A DNA stretch of 26,413 nt, from the NCBI GenBank assembly GCA_043826435.1, contig JBDRQF010000006.1:1-26413 (forward strand). The letters are read 5' to 3'. The notes beneath the pieces are model-generated. The model had not been told where the DNA came from, made no database searches, and worked only from the letters and a program-made list of their open reading frames with translations. Below, in pieces: positions 9,973-17,999 of this stretch. Numbering within the stretch: the first letter of the stretch is position 1; each line of letters starts with the position of its first letter. This DNA is from Elusimicrobiota bacterium (lineage in GTDB: Bacteria; Elusimicrobiota; Endomicrobiia; CG1-02-37-114; JAHJSO01). Position numbers and translations under genes: made by a program.

Positions 9973-11658
9973 CTAATCCAGATATGCATTCAGCACATAC
10001 TCGTGAACCATTCTGTGTGTATTGAAAAAAGAGGCATTAAATGCAATGCTATATTGCATAATATTTAGCCACCGCTCTCTCTCTTTGTAGAACATTGGAA
10101 TAATTATATTTTCCAGTTTGTTATATAAGTCCCGGGCATCTTTCTCGTCGGAATATTCTTCAATTAATTTTCCCCCGATAGACCATCCTGTAACGCCCTC
10201 AATACATCCTTCTATCCACCAACCATCTAAGATACTAAAATTCGGAACTCCGTTAAGGGATGCTTTCATGCCGGAAGTACCTGAAGCCTCTTTGGGTCTT
10301 AAGGGTGTATTCAACCAAAGGTCAACTCCGGATGTAATCATTTTACCAAGTTCCATATCGTAATTTTCTAGATATACCATCTTTATATCATTTTTAATTT
10401 TGCGGATATATTCAAAAATTCCCTTTATTATCCCCTTCCCGGGCATATCTTTCGGATGCGCCTTCCCGGCAAATACAATCTGTATTTTACCCGCCTTTTT
10501 AGAAATATCAATAAGTTTATCAATATCAAAGAACAAAAGACCCGCTCTTTTATAAGTAGATGATCTTCTTGCAAATCCTATTGTGAATGTTTCGTAATCC
10601 ATCCCGGTATTTGATTCTTTATTAATATAATCTATCAGTTTTTTCTTTGCCCCCGTATGAGCATCCCATATTTCAGTTTTTGGAATACCAACGATGTACC
10701 TTAATGTAAAAGGGTCTTTTGTCCAACCGGGGATATATTTATTGTACAATTTTCTAAAACTTTCAGATGCCCAAGAGTATGGATGTACCCCATTAGTTAT
10801 AGAATCAATCGGATAGTCCGGGAACATTTCACGAGAAATCTTACCGTGCTTTTTTGCAACACCATTTATGTACTGAGATAAATTTAATGCAAGCAAAGTC
10901 ATATTAAGATTCTCCTCGCCAGCAAGCGTTTTAAGAACATCTAACGGTATGAATTCTCCCAAGACATTTCTTACCAAATCATAAGAAAATTTGTCATGAC
11001 CTGCCGGGACAGGGGTATGCGTAGTAAAAACACAAAGGTTCCGCACCTCATCAAAGTTAAACATGTGTCCTTCTATTCTTTTGTTGTTTCGTAACAGTTC
11101 CAAAACCAGTAAACTTGCATGCCCTTCGTTCATATGGTATTTTTTTATATCAGTATAACTAAGTTTACGGAGCATACGCACACCGCCAATCCCTAAAACA
11201 ATTTCCTGTGCAAGCCGATATTTTTCGTCTCCACCATAGAGGTAATTCGTAAGTGTCCTGTCATAATCCGTATTCGCAGGAATGTCAGTATCCAGAAAAA
11301 GTATAGGAATAAAATAATTCTCATCTACAGATTTTAAGTTGTATCGCCACGCTTGAACAGTTATTTTTCTATTTTCAATTTCTACAGTAATTTTAACCGG
11401 TAGTAGTTCTAAAAAATCCGATGGTGTCCATTGAACCGGAAGTTCCATCTGGTTGCCAGTAGCATCTAACTTTTGATAGAAATATCCTTTTCTATGTAAT
11501 AAAGTAACAGCGATAACCGGTACCTTTAAATCAGCGAATGACCTGAGTGTGTCTCCAGCTAAAACTCCAAGCCCGCCACTATATGTTGGAATTCTTGAAT
11601 CAATACCTATTTCCATTGAGAAATACGCTATACTTTTATCCTTTTTTATTTCTTTCAC
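9973..11658 (-). CDS. glgP: Alpha-glucan phosphorylase (short ~560-aa form)
   Basis: YSGGLGVLAGD, HMNEGH, FTTHTPVPAGHD, FAGKAHP and the PLP-lysine motif EASGTSGMK. GTG start with a GGAGG RBS. Confidence 0.93.
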   Translation of the reverse strand: MKEIKKDKSIAYFSMEIGIDSRIPTYSGGLGVLAGDTLRSFADLKVPVIAVTLLHRKGYFYQKLDATGNQMELPVQWTPSDFLELLPVKITVEIENRKITVQAWRYNLKSVDENYFIPILFLDTDIPANTDYDRTLTNYLYGGDEKYRLAQEIVLGIGGVRMLRKLSYTDIKKYHMNEGHASLLVLELLRNNKRIEGHMFNFDEVRNLCVFTTHTPVPAGHDKFSYDLVRNVLGEFIPLDVLKTLAGEENLNMTLLALNLSQYINGVAKKHGKISREMFPDYPIDSITNGVHPYSWASESFRKLYNKYIPGWTKDPFTLRYIVGIPKTEIWDAHTGAKKKLIDYINKESNTGMDYETFTIGFARRSSTYKRAGLLFFDIDKLIDISKKAGKIQIVFAGKAHPKDMPGKGIIKGIFEYIRKIKNDIKMVYLENYDMELGKMITSGVDLWLNTPLRPKEASGTSGMKASLNGVPNFSILDGWWIEGCIEGVTGWSIGGKLIEEYSDEKDARDLYNKLENIIIPMFYKERERWLNIMQYSIAFNASFFNTHRMVHEYVLNAYLD

Positions 11659-11756
11659 TTATAAGGGACCTCCACGGTTCTTTATCAAATATTTGTTCGC
11701 AATATTCAACACAAAAGGAATGAATTTTCCACAAACAGGATATTTGTAATTTACAG

Positions 11757-11847
11757 AGCCCGTGCCATGTAGGTCTGCCAACCGAGTAGGTCTACCGACC
11801 GAGTAGGTCTGCCGAGAACTCTCGTGTGTGTCAACAGGCACGGTGCT
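11757..11847. repeat. Inverted repeat enclosing a 17-bp tandem array
   Basis: CCGTGCC (11760-11766) and GGCACGG (11837-11843) enclose ~2.8 copies of GTAGGTCT(G/A)CC(A/G)ACCGA (11769-11815). Confidence 0.75.
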
Positions 11848-11875
11848 GCCGTTTAGATATTGTTGAGATGAAGGG

Positions 11876-12148
11876 TCAACGATCAGAAGACACGCTGACC
11901 ATATCTATAGGTTGTTCCTTGCTACAGTGTTTGCAAAATCTTGCATCTTCCTTAATGATTTCTGCGCAGTAAGGGCACTTTTTGGTATATCCTTCTGATA
12001 CAAGAGGAGGAAACAATGCAATAACAACAATAAGCAAAGGGAAAAGAGCGCACAGCGCAAACCAGATTACAGGGTTACGTCCGTTTCTTCTGGCAATAAT
12101 ACCGCCCACTACGCCCGCGATAATAAAAAAAATAAAATATCTAATCAT
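11876..12148 (-). CDS. Small membrane protein with a C-terminal zinc ribbon
   Basis: Two hydrophobic helices, then CPYCAE...ARFCKHC. Confidence 0.8.
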   Translation of the reverse strand: MIRYFIFFIIAGVVGGIIARRNGRNPVIWFALCALFPLLIVVIALFPPLVSEGYTKKCPYCAEIIKEDARFCKHCSKEQPIDMVSVSSDR

Positions 12149-12180
12149 ATGAGGGGGTTACCACTTACATGATTATTTGT

Positions 12181-13041
12181 TTATTTTTTCTGTATATCAC
12201 CCACTCCAATAAATGGTATTGTCCCGCTGCCCGTAACCTGGGGTAGGATTCCATCCCATTTTTCTATCGCCCTAAGGTTTGCTTCTATTTTTCTCAACTC
12301 TATAAGGTCGGTCGAAATATTTGCTCTCTGGAGTCTCAGGGATTCGGCTTCTGCCCTGGCTGCCACAATTGTCTGCTCCGCCTCTATCTTTATCCTATCC
12401 AGGTCCCTCTTTGCTTTTAGTGCAAGTTGTTCCGCTGTCTGTTTTGACTCAATTGCTTCCGTAAAGGCCTTGGAGAAACTGAACCCGACGATAGAAAATG
12501 CATCAACTGCTATGTTGTGCACCATGAGCCTTTCATCAAGGGTTGATCTCATTGCCTCGCTTACCGCTGGCCTCTTTGTGATAAGTTCTTCTGCTGTATA
12601 CCGGGCTGTCACAGCCTTTACAACCTCCTGCACCGCAGGGTCTATGATTCGCTCCTTAAAGTGTATGCCGATGGTCTGATAGACAAGATTTGCTTTGTCT
12701 GGAATTATGTGATAGTTAAGCGCAACATCTGAGCTCACTTCCTGAAGATCAGACGATGCAGCAGCGGCATTTGTTACAGATTTCTGAACCTTGACATCCA
12801 TCGAGACAATGTTCTGTACGACAGGTATCCTGAAATGTAACCCTTCTCCGAACACATTCTTCTGAACAGCGCCAAAATTAAGGACAACCCCTCTTTCACC
12901 CGGCCCAATTTGAACCCATGGTTTAAAAAACAGAAAACCAATCAGAATTACTCCGATAATCACCGCCACCTTTACGGGCACATCCTTCATCACGGACTGC
13001 ACTGCCTTCTTCGCCTCATAAACATCTCTTTCATCTATCAT
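12181..13041 (-). CDS. SPFH/band-7 prohibitin-family protein
   Basis: N-terminal TM, GERGVVLNFG, GLHFRIP, coiled coil AIESKQTAEQ...AEAES and IEKWDG-LP; AGGAGG RBS. Confidence 0.9.
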   Translation of the reverse strand: MIDERDVYEAKKAVQSVMKDVPVKVAVIIGVILIGFLFFKPWVQIGPGERGVVLNFGAVQKNVFGEGLHFRIPVVQNIVSMDVKVQKSVTNAAAASSDLQEVSSDVALNYHIIPDKANLVYQTIGIHFKERIIDPAVQEVVKAVTARYTAEELITKRPAVSEAMRSTLDERLMVHNIAVDAFSIVGFSFSKAFTEAIESKQTAEQLALKAKRDLDRIKIEAEQTIVAARAEAESLRLQRANISTDLIELRKIEANLRAIEKWDGILPQVTGSGTIPFIGVGDIQKK

Positions 13042-13297
13042 CTCTTACCTCCTTTTGTGATAGTTTAATACATGCTGGTTTTTATTCCGGGGGCAACCTC
13101 CGGACATGGGTGTTTTAATTATTCTTTCACCGAGAGAACTTGTCTCGTCAATGAACTTTGTTAAATGTAATGACAAGTCGCTCTCTTTAATACATATTAA
13201 AGCATATTTAAAGTAATATTTCAAGTGATTGTAAATTGTTGTAAATTGTAATGCAACTTTGATCCCCTGTTGTAATTGAATTTTGCCCCGGCATGTT

Positions 13298-13738
13298 TTA
13301 GATTGCCGCTTCGGGTTGGGACGTTTTATGCTCTTTTCTGTTTAAGCGTAAAATTTTACGGTTGAAAAACCTGTAAAAGGAAGTTTTTTTAATAACCTTT
13401 ATTACCGGCGTCCTTGACATGTCCTGCACAAGGAGGCTTGCGAAAGAACGCCCGGTCTTTTTTTGTCTGCGGAGTATGCGGATGATTCCGATAGACAAAA
13501 CGTTACCGCAGGCAGCGCCGAGGCCGGCAAAAAGTATTGACATAAACTTAATAGAGGTATCGCCTGAAATATGCACGATTATTGTCCCGGCGAGCACCCA
13601 TGAAACAAACCCCCATATAGCCGACCTGCGTTTATCGTTCTTTACGATAGTGAGAAAACTATCAAGGGATTCTGCAATCGTAAGCAATACGGCAGCGATA
13701 AATATAATTAAAAGTTGAAGTAACAGCATGGAAATCAC
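13298..13738 (-). CDS. Small membrane protein, possibly DUF5698/UPF0316-like
   Basis: Three hydrophobic segments with SAIWGF and GLGAACGN resembling that family, then a basic tail. GTG start after GGGG, with its own promoter upstream. Confidence 0.5.
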   Translation of the reverse strand: MISMLLLQLLIIFIAAVLLTIAESLDSFLTIVKNDKRRSAIWGFVSWVLAGTIIVHISGDTSIKFMSILFAGLGAACGNVLSIGIIRILRRQKKTGRSFASLLVQDMSRTPVIKVIKKTSFYRFFNRKILRLNRKEHKTSQPEAAI

Positions 13739-13845
13739 CCCCAGCAGCTGAAAACAACGGACACGAGATATGCTTACACAAGGTATGGCTGAATGTGACA
13801 GAGCAGCGCGTGACTGTAAGTTTTTTGACTGAGTTCCCTACACAG

Positions 13846-13874
13846 AGTGTAACATATTTTTTATGATTTGTCAA
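13846..13874 (-). promoter_or_regulatory. Sigma70-type promoter
   Basis: TTGACA-17 bp-TACACT with TGn; nearly identical to the queF promoter. Confidence 0.65.
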
Positions 13875-13993
13875 GAGATTTTTGGAAAATCATGTCTTAT
13901 CAATCATTTGAATATATAAAATATAACAAAATATGGCAATATACGGCAAGATATAATATTTAAAAACATTTTGTTTTGACGCGGTTCAGTGCT

Positions 13994-14064
13994 GGGGCGA
14001 GTAGGGGTTTCAGGGGTGCCGGGGGCTTCATGGGGCGCCGGGGGCGTCAGGGGCGCCGGGGGTG
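13994..14064 (+). repeat. G-tract tandem repeat (TCAGGGGCGCCGGGGGCG-like, 3 copies)
   Basis: Eight runs of 4-5 G within 71 bp, just past the queE stop codon. Confidence 0.8.
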
Positions 14065-14078
14065 ACTGACAACGCCTC

Positions 14079-15008
14079 CTATTTCACGTTCCATACGAGT
14101 TTATGGAGTTGCGGAAGGATGTAAACCTTATTAAGAAATTTTTTTGAGTACTTATAGAACGCAAATAGTTTCTCAGACATACGGAGCGGAGCGTACATTT
14201 GTGCGCTTGTTTTTTCGGCGGTTTTTCCGACGGAGATATTTTTTATCCCCCCTCTTTTTTCTTTCACGCCCCGTTTCATCAGGTGCACCAGTTCCCCCGG
14301 GGATGTTCTTTCGCTAAAATTGGCTGCGGGCGTTGCCGGTTGTAAAATAAAAGGGATATGCCCGCCGTAACCGGATGTAATTTCCAGTGCCCTGTTAAGT
14401 TCTTCCAGAAGAGTACTACCGGCAATGACCACTTTAACAAAAACGTCAACGTGGCTGTTTTTCAAACAAGTCATTAAGAAATTAGCGTGTTGCGTCCAGT
14501 ATGTCTTACCGTTGCATGAAGAAGGCATTTTTATATCCATGGATACAATATCAACCCACCGTATTACCTTTTTAAGTCCAGCGGACAATGTCCCGTTCGT
14601 CTCAAGATAAATCCGGAGATTGAGTTTTTTCAGCAGAGGTAAAAGGTGCATTAGAAAGGACGCATACATAAGTGGTTCACCGCCGGTTAATGAAACCGTA
14701 GGGACAAAATCAATTCGTTTATTTACAGCGCGGCTATATTTTGGTTTTAATGATTTTTTTATATGAGATATGTTCTTATTCCACAATTTTAGCGTTTTAG
14801 CCGCCAGTTGGCGGGCGTCCATTTCCCTGTGCTTTACCTTCATATCCCTCTCAGGCGTATCGCAGTAATCGCAGATTAAATTGCAACCGGCGAACCTTAT
14901 GAATACCATAGGCTGGCCGAGATACACCCCCTCTCCCTGGAAAGAAAAGAAAACATCCGCCACGGGGGCTGTGACCACCGTGGCCATGGCGTTAAACTTG
15001 TTTTTCAT
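14079..15008 (-). CDS. queE: 7-carboxy-7-deazaguanine synthase (radical SAM), with insertions
   Basis: FFSFQGEG, FIRFAGCNLICDYCDT (CX3CX2C), SLTGGEPL, YLETNGT, SMDIKMPS, ILQP and PQLHK. Start at ATG 15008 or 14987. Confidence 0.9.
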   Translation of the reverse strand: MKNKFNAMATVVTAPVADVFFSFQGEGVYLGQPMVFIRFAGCNLICDYCDTPERDMKVKHREMDARQLAAKTLKLWNKNISHIKKSLKPKYSRAVNKRIDFVPTVSLTGGEPLMYASFLMHLLPLLKKLNLRIYLETNGTLSAGLKKVIRWVDIVSMDIKMPSSCNGKTYWTQHANFLMTCLKNSHVDVFVKVVIAGSTLLEELNRALEITSGYGGHIPFILQPATPAANFSERTSPGELVHLMKRGVKEKRGGIKNISVGKTAEKTSAQMYAPLRMSEKLFAFYKYSKKFLNKVYILPQLHKLVWNVK

Positions 15009-15253
15009 ATTTACTGAACTTTGCAAATCAGGATGACAGCGTTTTCTACGGAAATGATTGCGTCACTCAATTATGCGAACATCAATAGATTCGTTTTGTC
15101 TGCCATATATCACACTGCCGGTCCTTGGATGCCGGCCCTGACCGTAGGCCTTTGTAATTTTTGCATTCCACGTCTTCTACCTTTTGCGACTTTCTCCCCA
15201 CGGCCTTTCCCATTTTCCTTCCTCGCCCCTTCCATCCTCTCCTCCCCTCCCGA

Positions 15254-15269
15254 TGTTTCACATGAAACA
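15254..15269. promoter_or_regulatory. parS: parS site 1
   Basis: TGTTTCACATGAAACA, one mismatch from the TGTTTCACGTGAAACA consensus; the palindrome extends over 15250-15273. parA and parB are nearby. Confidence 0.88.
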
Positions 15270-15315
15270 TCGGTGCCGCCCGGCCCAACCGTTTCCCCCC
15301 TTCCCCCTCACCCGG

Positions 15316-15331
15316 TGTTTCACATGAAACG
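15316..15331. promoter_or_regulatory. parS: parS site 2
   Basis: TGTTTCACATGAAACG, 62 bp from site 1. Confidence 0.82.
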
Positions 15332-15388
15332 CCAATGCTGCCTGGCTCGTCGGGTTTGCTCAGGGCTTTTGTTTGGCCGGCATCACTT

Positions 15389-15417
15389 AATTTAACAAAA
15401 ATACACAGTTTTGTCAA
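15389..15417 (-). promoter_or_regulatory. Sigma70-type promoter facing queE across the parS region
   Basis: TTGACA-17 bp-TAAATT with TGn. Confidence 0.6.
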
Positions 15418-15604
15418 TAGGGGCGTTCAATTGGGGGGGCGTTCAATTGCCGCGGCATCAGGTTGCCGTGGTATTCAATTATTTATGACGGAGCAGTTAA
15501 GTAGTAATTACCGCCCATGCCGGGCGTAACCTTTTAATAATTACAATCGTCCCTTGATAACCCCCGGGTATTTTGCTTTTTTATTGTTTTTCTTCTTTGG
15601 GGTA

Positions 15605-15633
15605 TTGACTATTCACAAATTTTCATATATAAT
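15605..15633 (+). promoter_or_regulatory. Sigma70-type promoter of the UPF0016 gene
   Basis: TTGACT-17 bp-TATAAT. Confidence 0.75.
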
Positions 15634-15637
15634 ATAT

Positions 15638-15720
15638 TGTGTGGAAGGCGGTTAAACCCCGCGAACGGTAACGGCAGGATACCCAGCATGCCGGGGCGTG
15701 GCGCCAGTCGTCCAACAACA
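15638..15720 (+). ncRNA. Candidate structured 5' leader RNA (family unassigned)
   Basis: GC-rich segment starting at the predicted TSS, with nested pairings TGTGTGGA/TCCAACA, GGCGGTTA/TGGCGCC and CCCCG/CGGGG. Confidence 0.4.
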
Positions 15721-15756
15721 TTTTTCGGAACCGGGCATTTTGAACCGGGCATTTCA

Positions 15757-16320
15757 ATGGAAGACATATTCGTTCCCTTTTTAACTATCGCTTTGGCTGA
15801 ACTCGGCGATAAAACCCAGTTGGCGCTTTTGCTCCTATCTTCAAAGACAAAAAAACACATAGAGTTGCTAGCCGGGACTATAATTGCGTTCATGGTCGTT
15901 GACGGCGTTGCGGTTTTGTCGGGCCTTTTCATAAACAACATTATACCGGAAAGAACATTAAAGGCCATTTCAGGGGTAATTTTTGTAATTTTCGGGGTGT
16001 TCATATTAAAGGAGTTGAAACGAAAAGAGGACGCAGATGGTAAAGGCCGTGTAATGTCATTCAAATCACCGTTACTGACCGGCTTTACGTTCATTTTTCT
16101 GGCTGAATGGGGGGATAAAACGCAGGTTGCCTCTATGTTGTTTGCGACAAGGTATAATCCTTTAATGGTTTTAGCCGGGGTTGTGTTATCATTAACACTT
16201 CTTTCGGCCGCAGCAATATATGCAGGCAGTTTTGTCTCACGTAAGATTAACAAGACGCTTATGACGAAAATCGCTGGGGCTGGTTTTATAATTATAGGAA
16301 TGTCATTTCTTATATTTTGA
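15757..16320 (+). CDS. UPF0016 (TMEM165/GDT1) Mn2+/Ca2+ transporter
   Basis: Two E-x-G-D-K-T motifs (ELGDKTQ, EWGDKTQ) in a two-repeat membrane protein. True start probably ATG 15757 (MEDIF). Confidence 0.92.
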   Translation: MEDIFVPFLTIALAELGDKTQLALLLLSSKTKKHIELLAGTIIAFMVVDGVAVLSGLFINNIIPERTLKAISGVIFVIFGVFILKELKRKEDADGKGRVMSFKSPLLTGFTFIFLAEWGDKTQVASMLFATRYNPLMVLAGVVLSLTLLSAAAIYAGSFVSRKINKTLMTKIAGAGFIIIGMSFLIF

Positions 16321-16533
16321 TTATGAGAGTGTTGAAAAAGTGGTTCATGTGTCATTCCGAACCATGAACTGATACTGTTTCGCGCGCCTGATTCAGAGCC
16401 ACCGAGACATTTTTTAAGTGCGCAATGTAAGGGGTGGGGCCAGGGGCTTTTAACGGGTTTTGAAAGTTTGAACCGACACCGGCGCAATATTTAGTGCGAG
16501 ACGGGGACGTGTCAATAAGGGATGTGCCAATAT

Positions 16534-17802
16534 ATGAATGAAATTGTATGCAAATACAGCGAAAACACCATAAAAAGAGCAGCCTCTATCCTGAAAAGAG
16601 GGGGAATTGTCGCTTTTCCTACTGAGACCGTTTATGGACTGGGCGCTTGTGCCCGCTATCCCGGCGCAGTGGCAAAGATTTTTAAGGTAAAGAAAAGGCC
16701 GTTGTTTGACCCGCTCATCGTGCACATATCGGACCCGAGGGACGTTGACCGTCTATGCAGGAAAGTCAGCAGGAAATCAAGGAAACTTATTGAAAGATTC
16801 TGGCCCGGGCCGCTAACCCTAATTATGCCGAAATCAGACGCAGTGCCCGATATAGTGACTGCAGGGCTTCCGACCGTTGCGGTGAGGATGCCTGCGCACC
16901 CGGTGGCGCTGGAATTGATTAAAAAAGCGGGCGTTCCTGTCGCTGCCCCGAGCGCCAACCCATTCGGGTATATAAGCCCGACCACAGCAAGGCACGTTGC
17001 GGAACAAATAGGGGGAAAGGTTGATTTAATAATTGACGGCGGTGCCTGTCCCGTCGGTATTGAGTCAACCGTGCTGGATATGTCGGCGAGGGAGCCGGTA
17101 ATACTCAGGCCGGGTGGACTGCCCGTTGAAGAAATAGAGAGGGTAATAGGAAAGGTAAAAATCTCCCGGCGTATTAAAACAGTCGCAAACCCCAGTTCGC
17201 TGCGCTCTCCCGGGTCATCCAGCTCGCTCTGCTTACCCAGTTCGCTGCGCTCGCCGGGGCAGCTATCCCGTCATTATTCACCTTCAACACCGGTTAAGAT
17301 AATTAATGACAGAGATTTCAGGATATTTTCAGAAAATAACGGGTCCGGAAAGGCCGTAGGGATATTCGGGCGGTCTCCATGTTTCACCTACGGCCCGGAC
17401 AGAGGTTATGTAAACTTAAGAGGCGGTCGTAAAAATAAACCCGTGCCCGCACATACCGGGCTGAAAGCAGGGTTGCTTGCTTTCAGGGCGCCTGTTGTCA
17501 ATCCCGCATTTTTCAAATCATCACTGAAAAGGATAATGGGGAAGAAAAGACCTGCGGGAAAGGGGATATCGACAGGGAAGAAAATGTCGGCGGGGAACGT
17601 GATTTTTTTCAGGAAGATAGAAATTCTGTCCGTATCGGGTGATTTATGCGAGGCGGCCGCAAATCTGTTTTCGTCTCTGCATAAATTGGACGATGCCGGG
17701 CTTGATATTATATATGCGGAGAAAGTTCCTGAGAGAGGTCTCGGCGCGGCAATAATGGACCGGCTCCGTAAGGCAGAAGGGCGGCCCGGCGCTCGTAAAT
17801 AG
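16534..17802 (+). CDS. sua5: Threonylcarbamoyl-AMP synthase, Sua5 type (YrdC plus SUA5 domain), expanded
   Basis: VAFPTETVYGLG, KKRP-DPLIVH, FWPGPLT, AAPSAN, GIESTV, SPGQLSRHYSP and GLGAAIMDRLRKA. Confidence 0.93.
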   Translation: MNEIVCKYSENTIKRAASILKRGGIVAFPTETVYGLGACARYPGAVAKIFKVKKRPLFDPLIVHISDPRDVDRLCRKVSRKSRKLIERFWPGPLTLIMPKSDAVPDIVTAGLPTVAVRMPAHPVALELIKKAGVPVAAPSANPFGYISPTTARHVAEQIGGKVDLIIDGGACPVGIESTVLDMSAREPVILRPGGLPVEEIERVIGKVKISRRIKTVANPSSLRSPGSSSSLCLPSSLRSPGQLSRHYSPSTPVKIINDRDFRIFSENNGSGKAVGIFGRSPCFTYGPDRGYVNLRGGRKNKPVPAHTGLKAGLLAFRAPVVNPAFFKSSLKRIMGKKRPAGKGISTGKKMSAGNVIFFRKIEILSVSGDLCEAAANLFSSLHKLDDAGLDIIYAEKVPERGLGAAIMDRLRKAEGRPGARK

Positions 17803-17854
17803 ACCCGGCGTCCATAAATAAGGCCGGCTCCGTAAAGCGGAAGGATAACCTGGC

Positions 17855-17874
17855 GCCCGTTTTACAAAACGGGC
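17855..17874. terminator. Hairpin, possible terminator after sua5
   Basis: GCCCGTTTT-AC-AAAACGGGC perfect inverted repeat; there is no U-tract after it on the + strand. Confidence 0.35.
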
Positions 17875-17971
17875 AAAAGAATTTAAAACTAACTCGTATG
17901 TTTAATTAATTGTTTTAACTAACTTAGGAATAAGACCGGGAAAGCAATAGAAGTGTTAACGTACGTCTGGG
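17872..17971 (+). repeat. Dispersed ~95-bp intergenic element, copy B
   Basis: AACTAACT, core GTTTAATTAATTGTT-N5-TAACTTA (17900-17926) and tail GTTAACGTACG (17955-17965); upstream of parA. Confidence 0.75.
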
Positions 17972-17999
17972 AAATCGCGGAAGAGAGGTATTTAAAGAC

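Noticed and set aside
15060..15082. dif site
   Set aside because: Only a XerC-like arm (GTTCGCATAA, minus strand); there is no XerD arm, and the location beside parS is wrong.
15021..15529. ORFs 15021-15395, 15082-15417 and 15335-15529
   Set aside because: Low-complexity translations of the parS/promoter region (MFHVKH is parS read as codons), with no RBS.
15638..15720. SRP (4.5S) RNA
   Set aside because: The outer stem resembles the SRP distal region, but the conserved CAGG-GNRA-AGCAG helix is absent.
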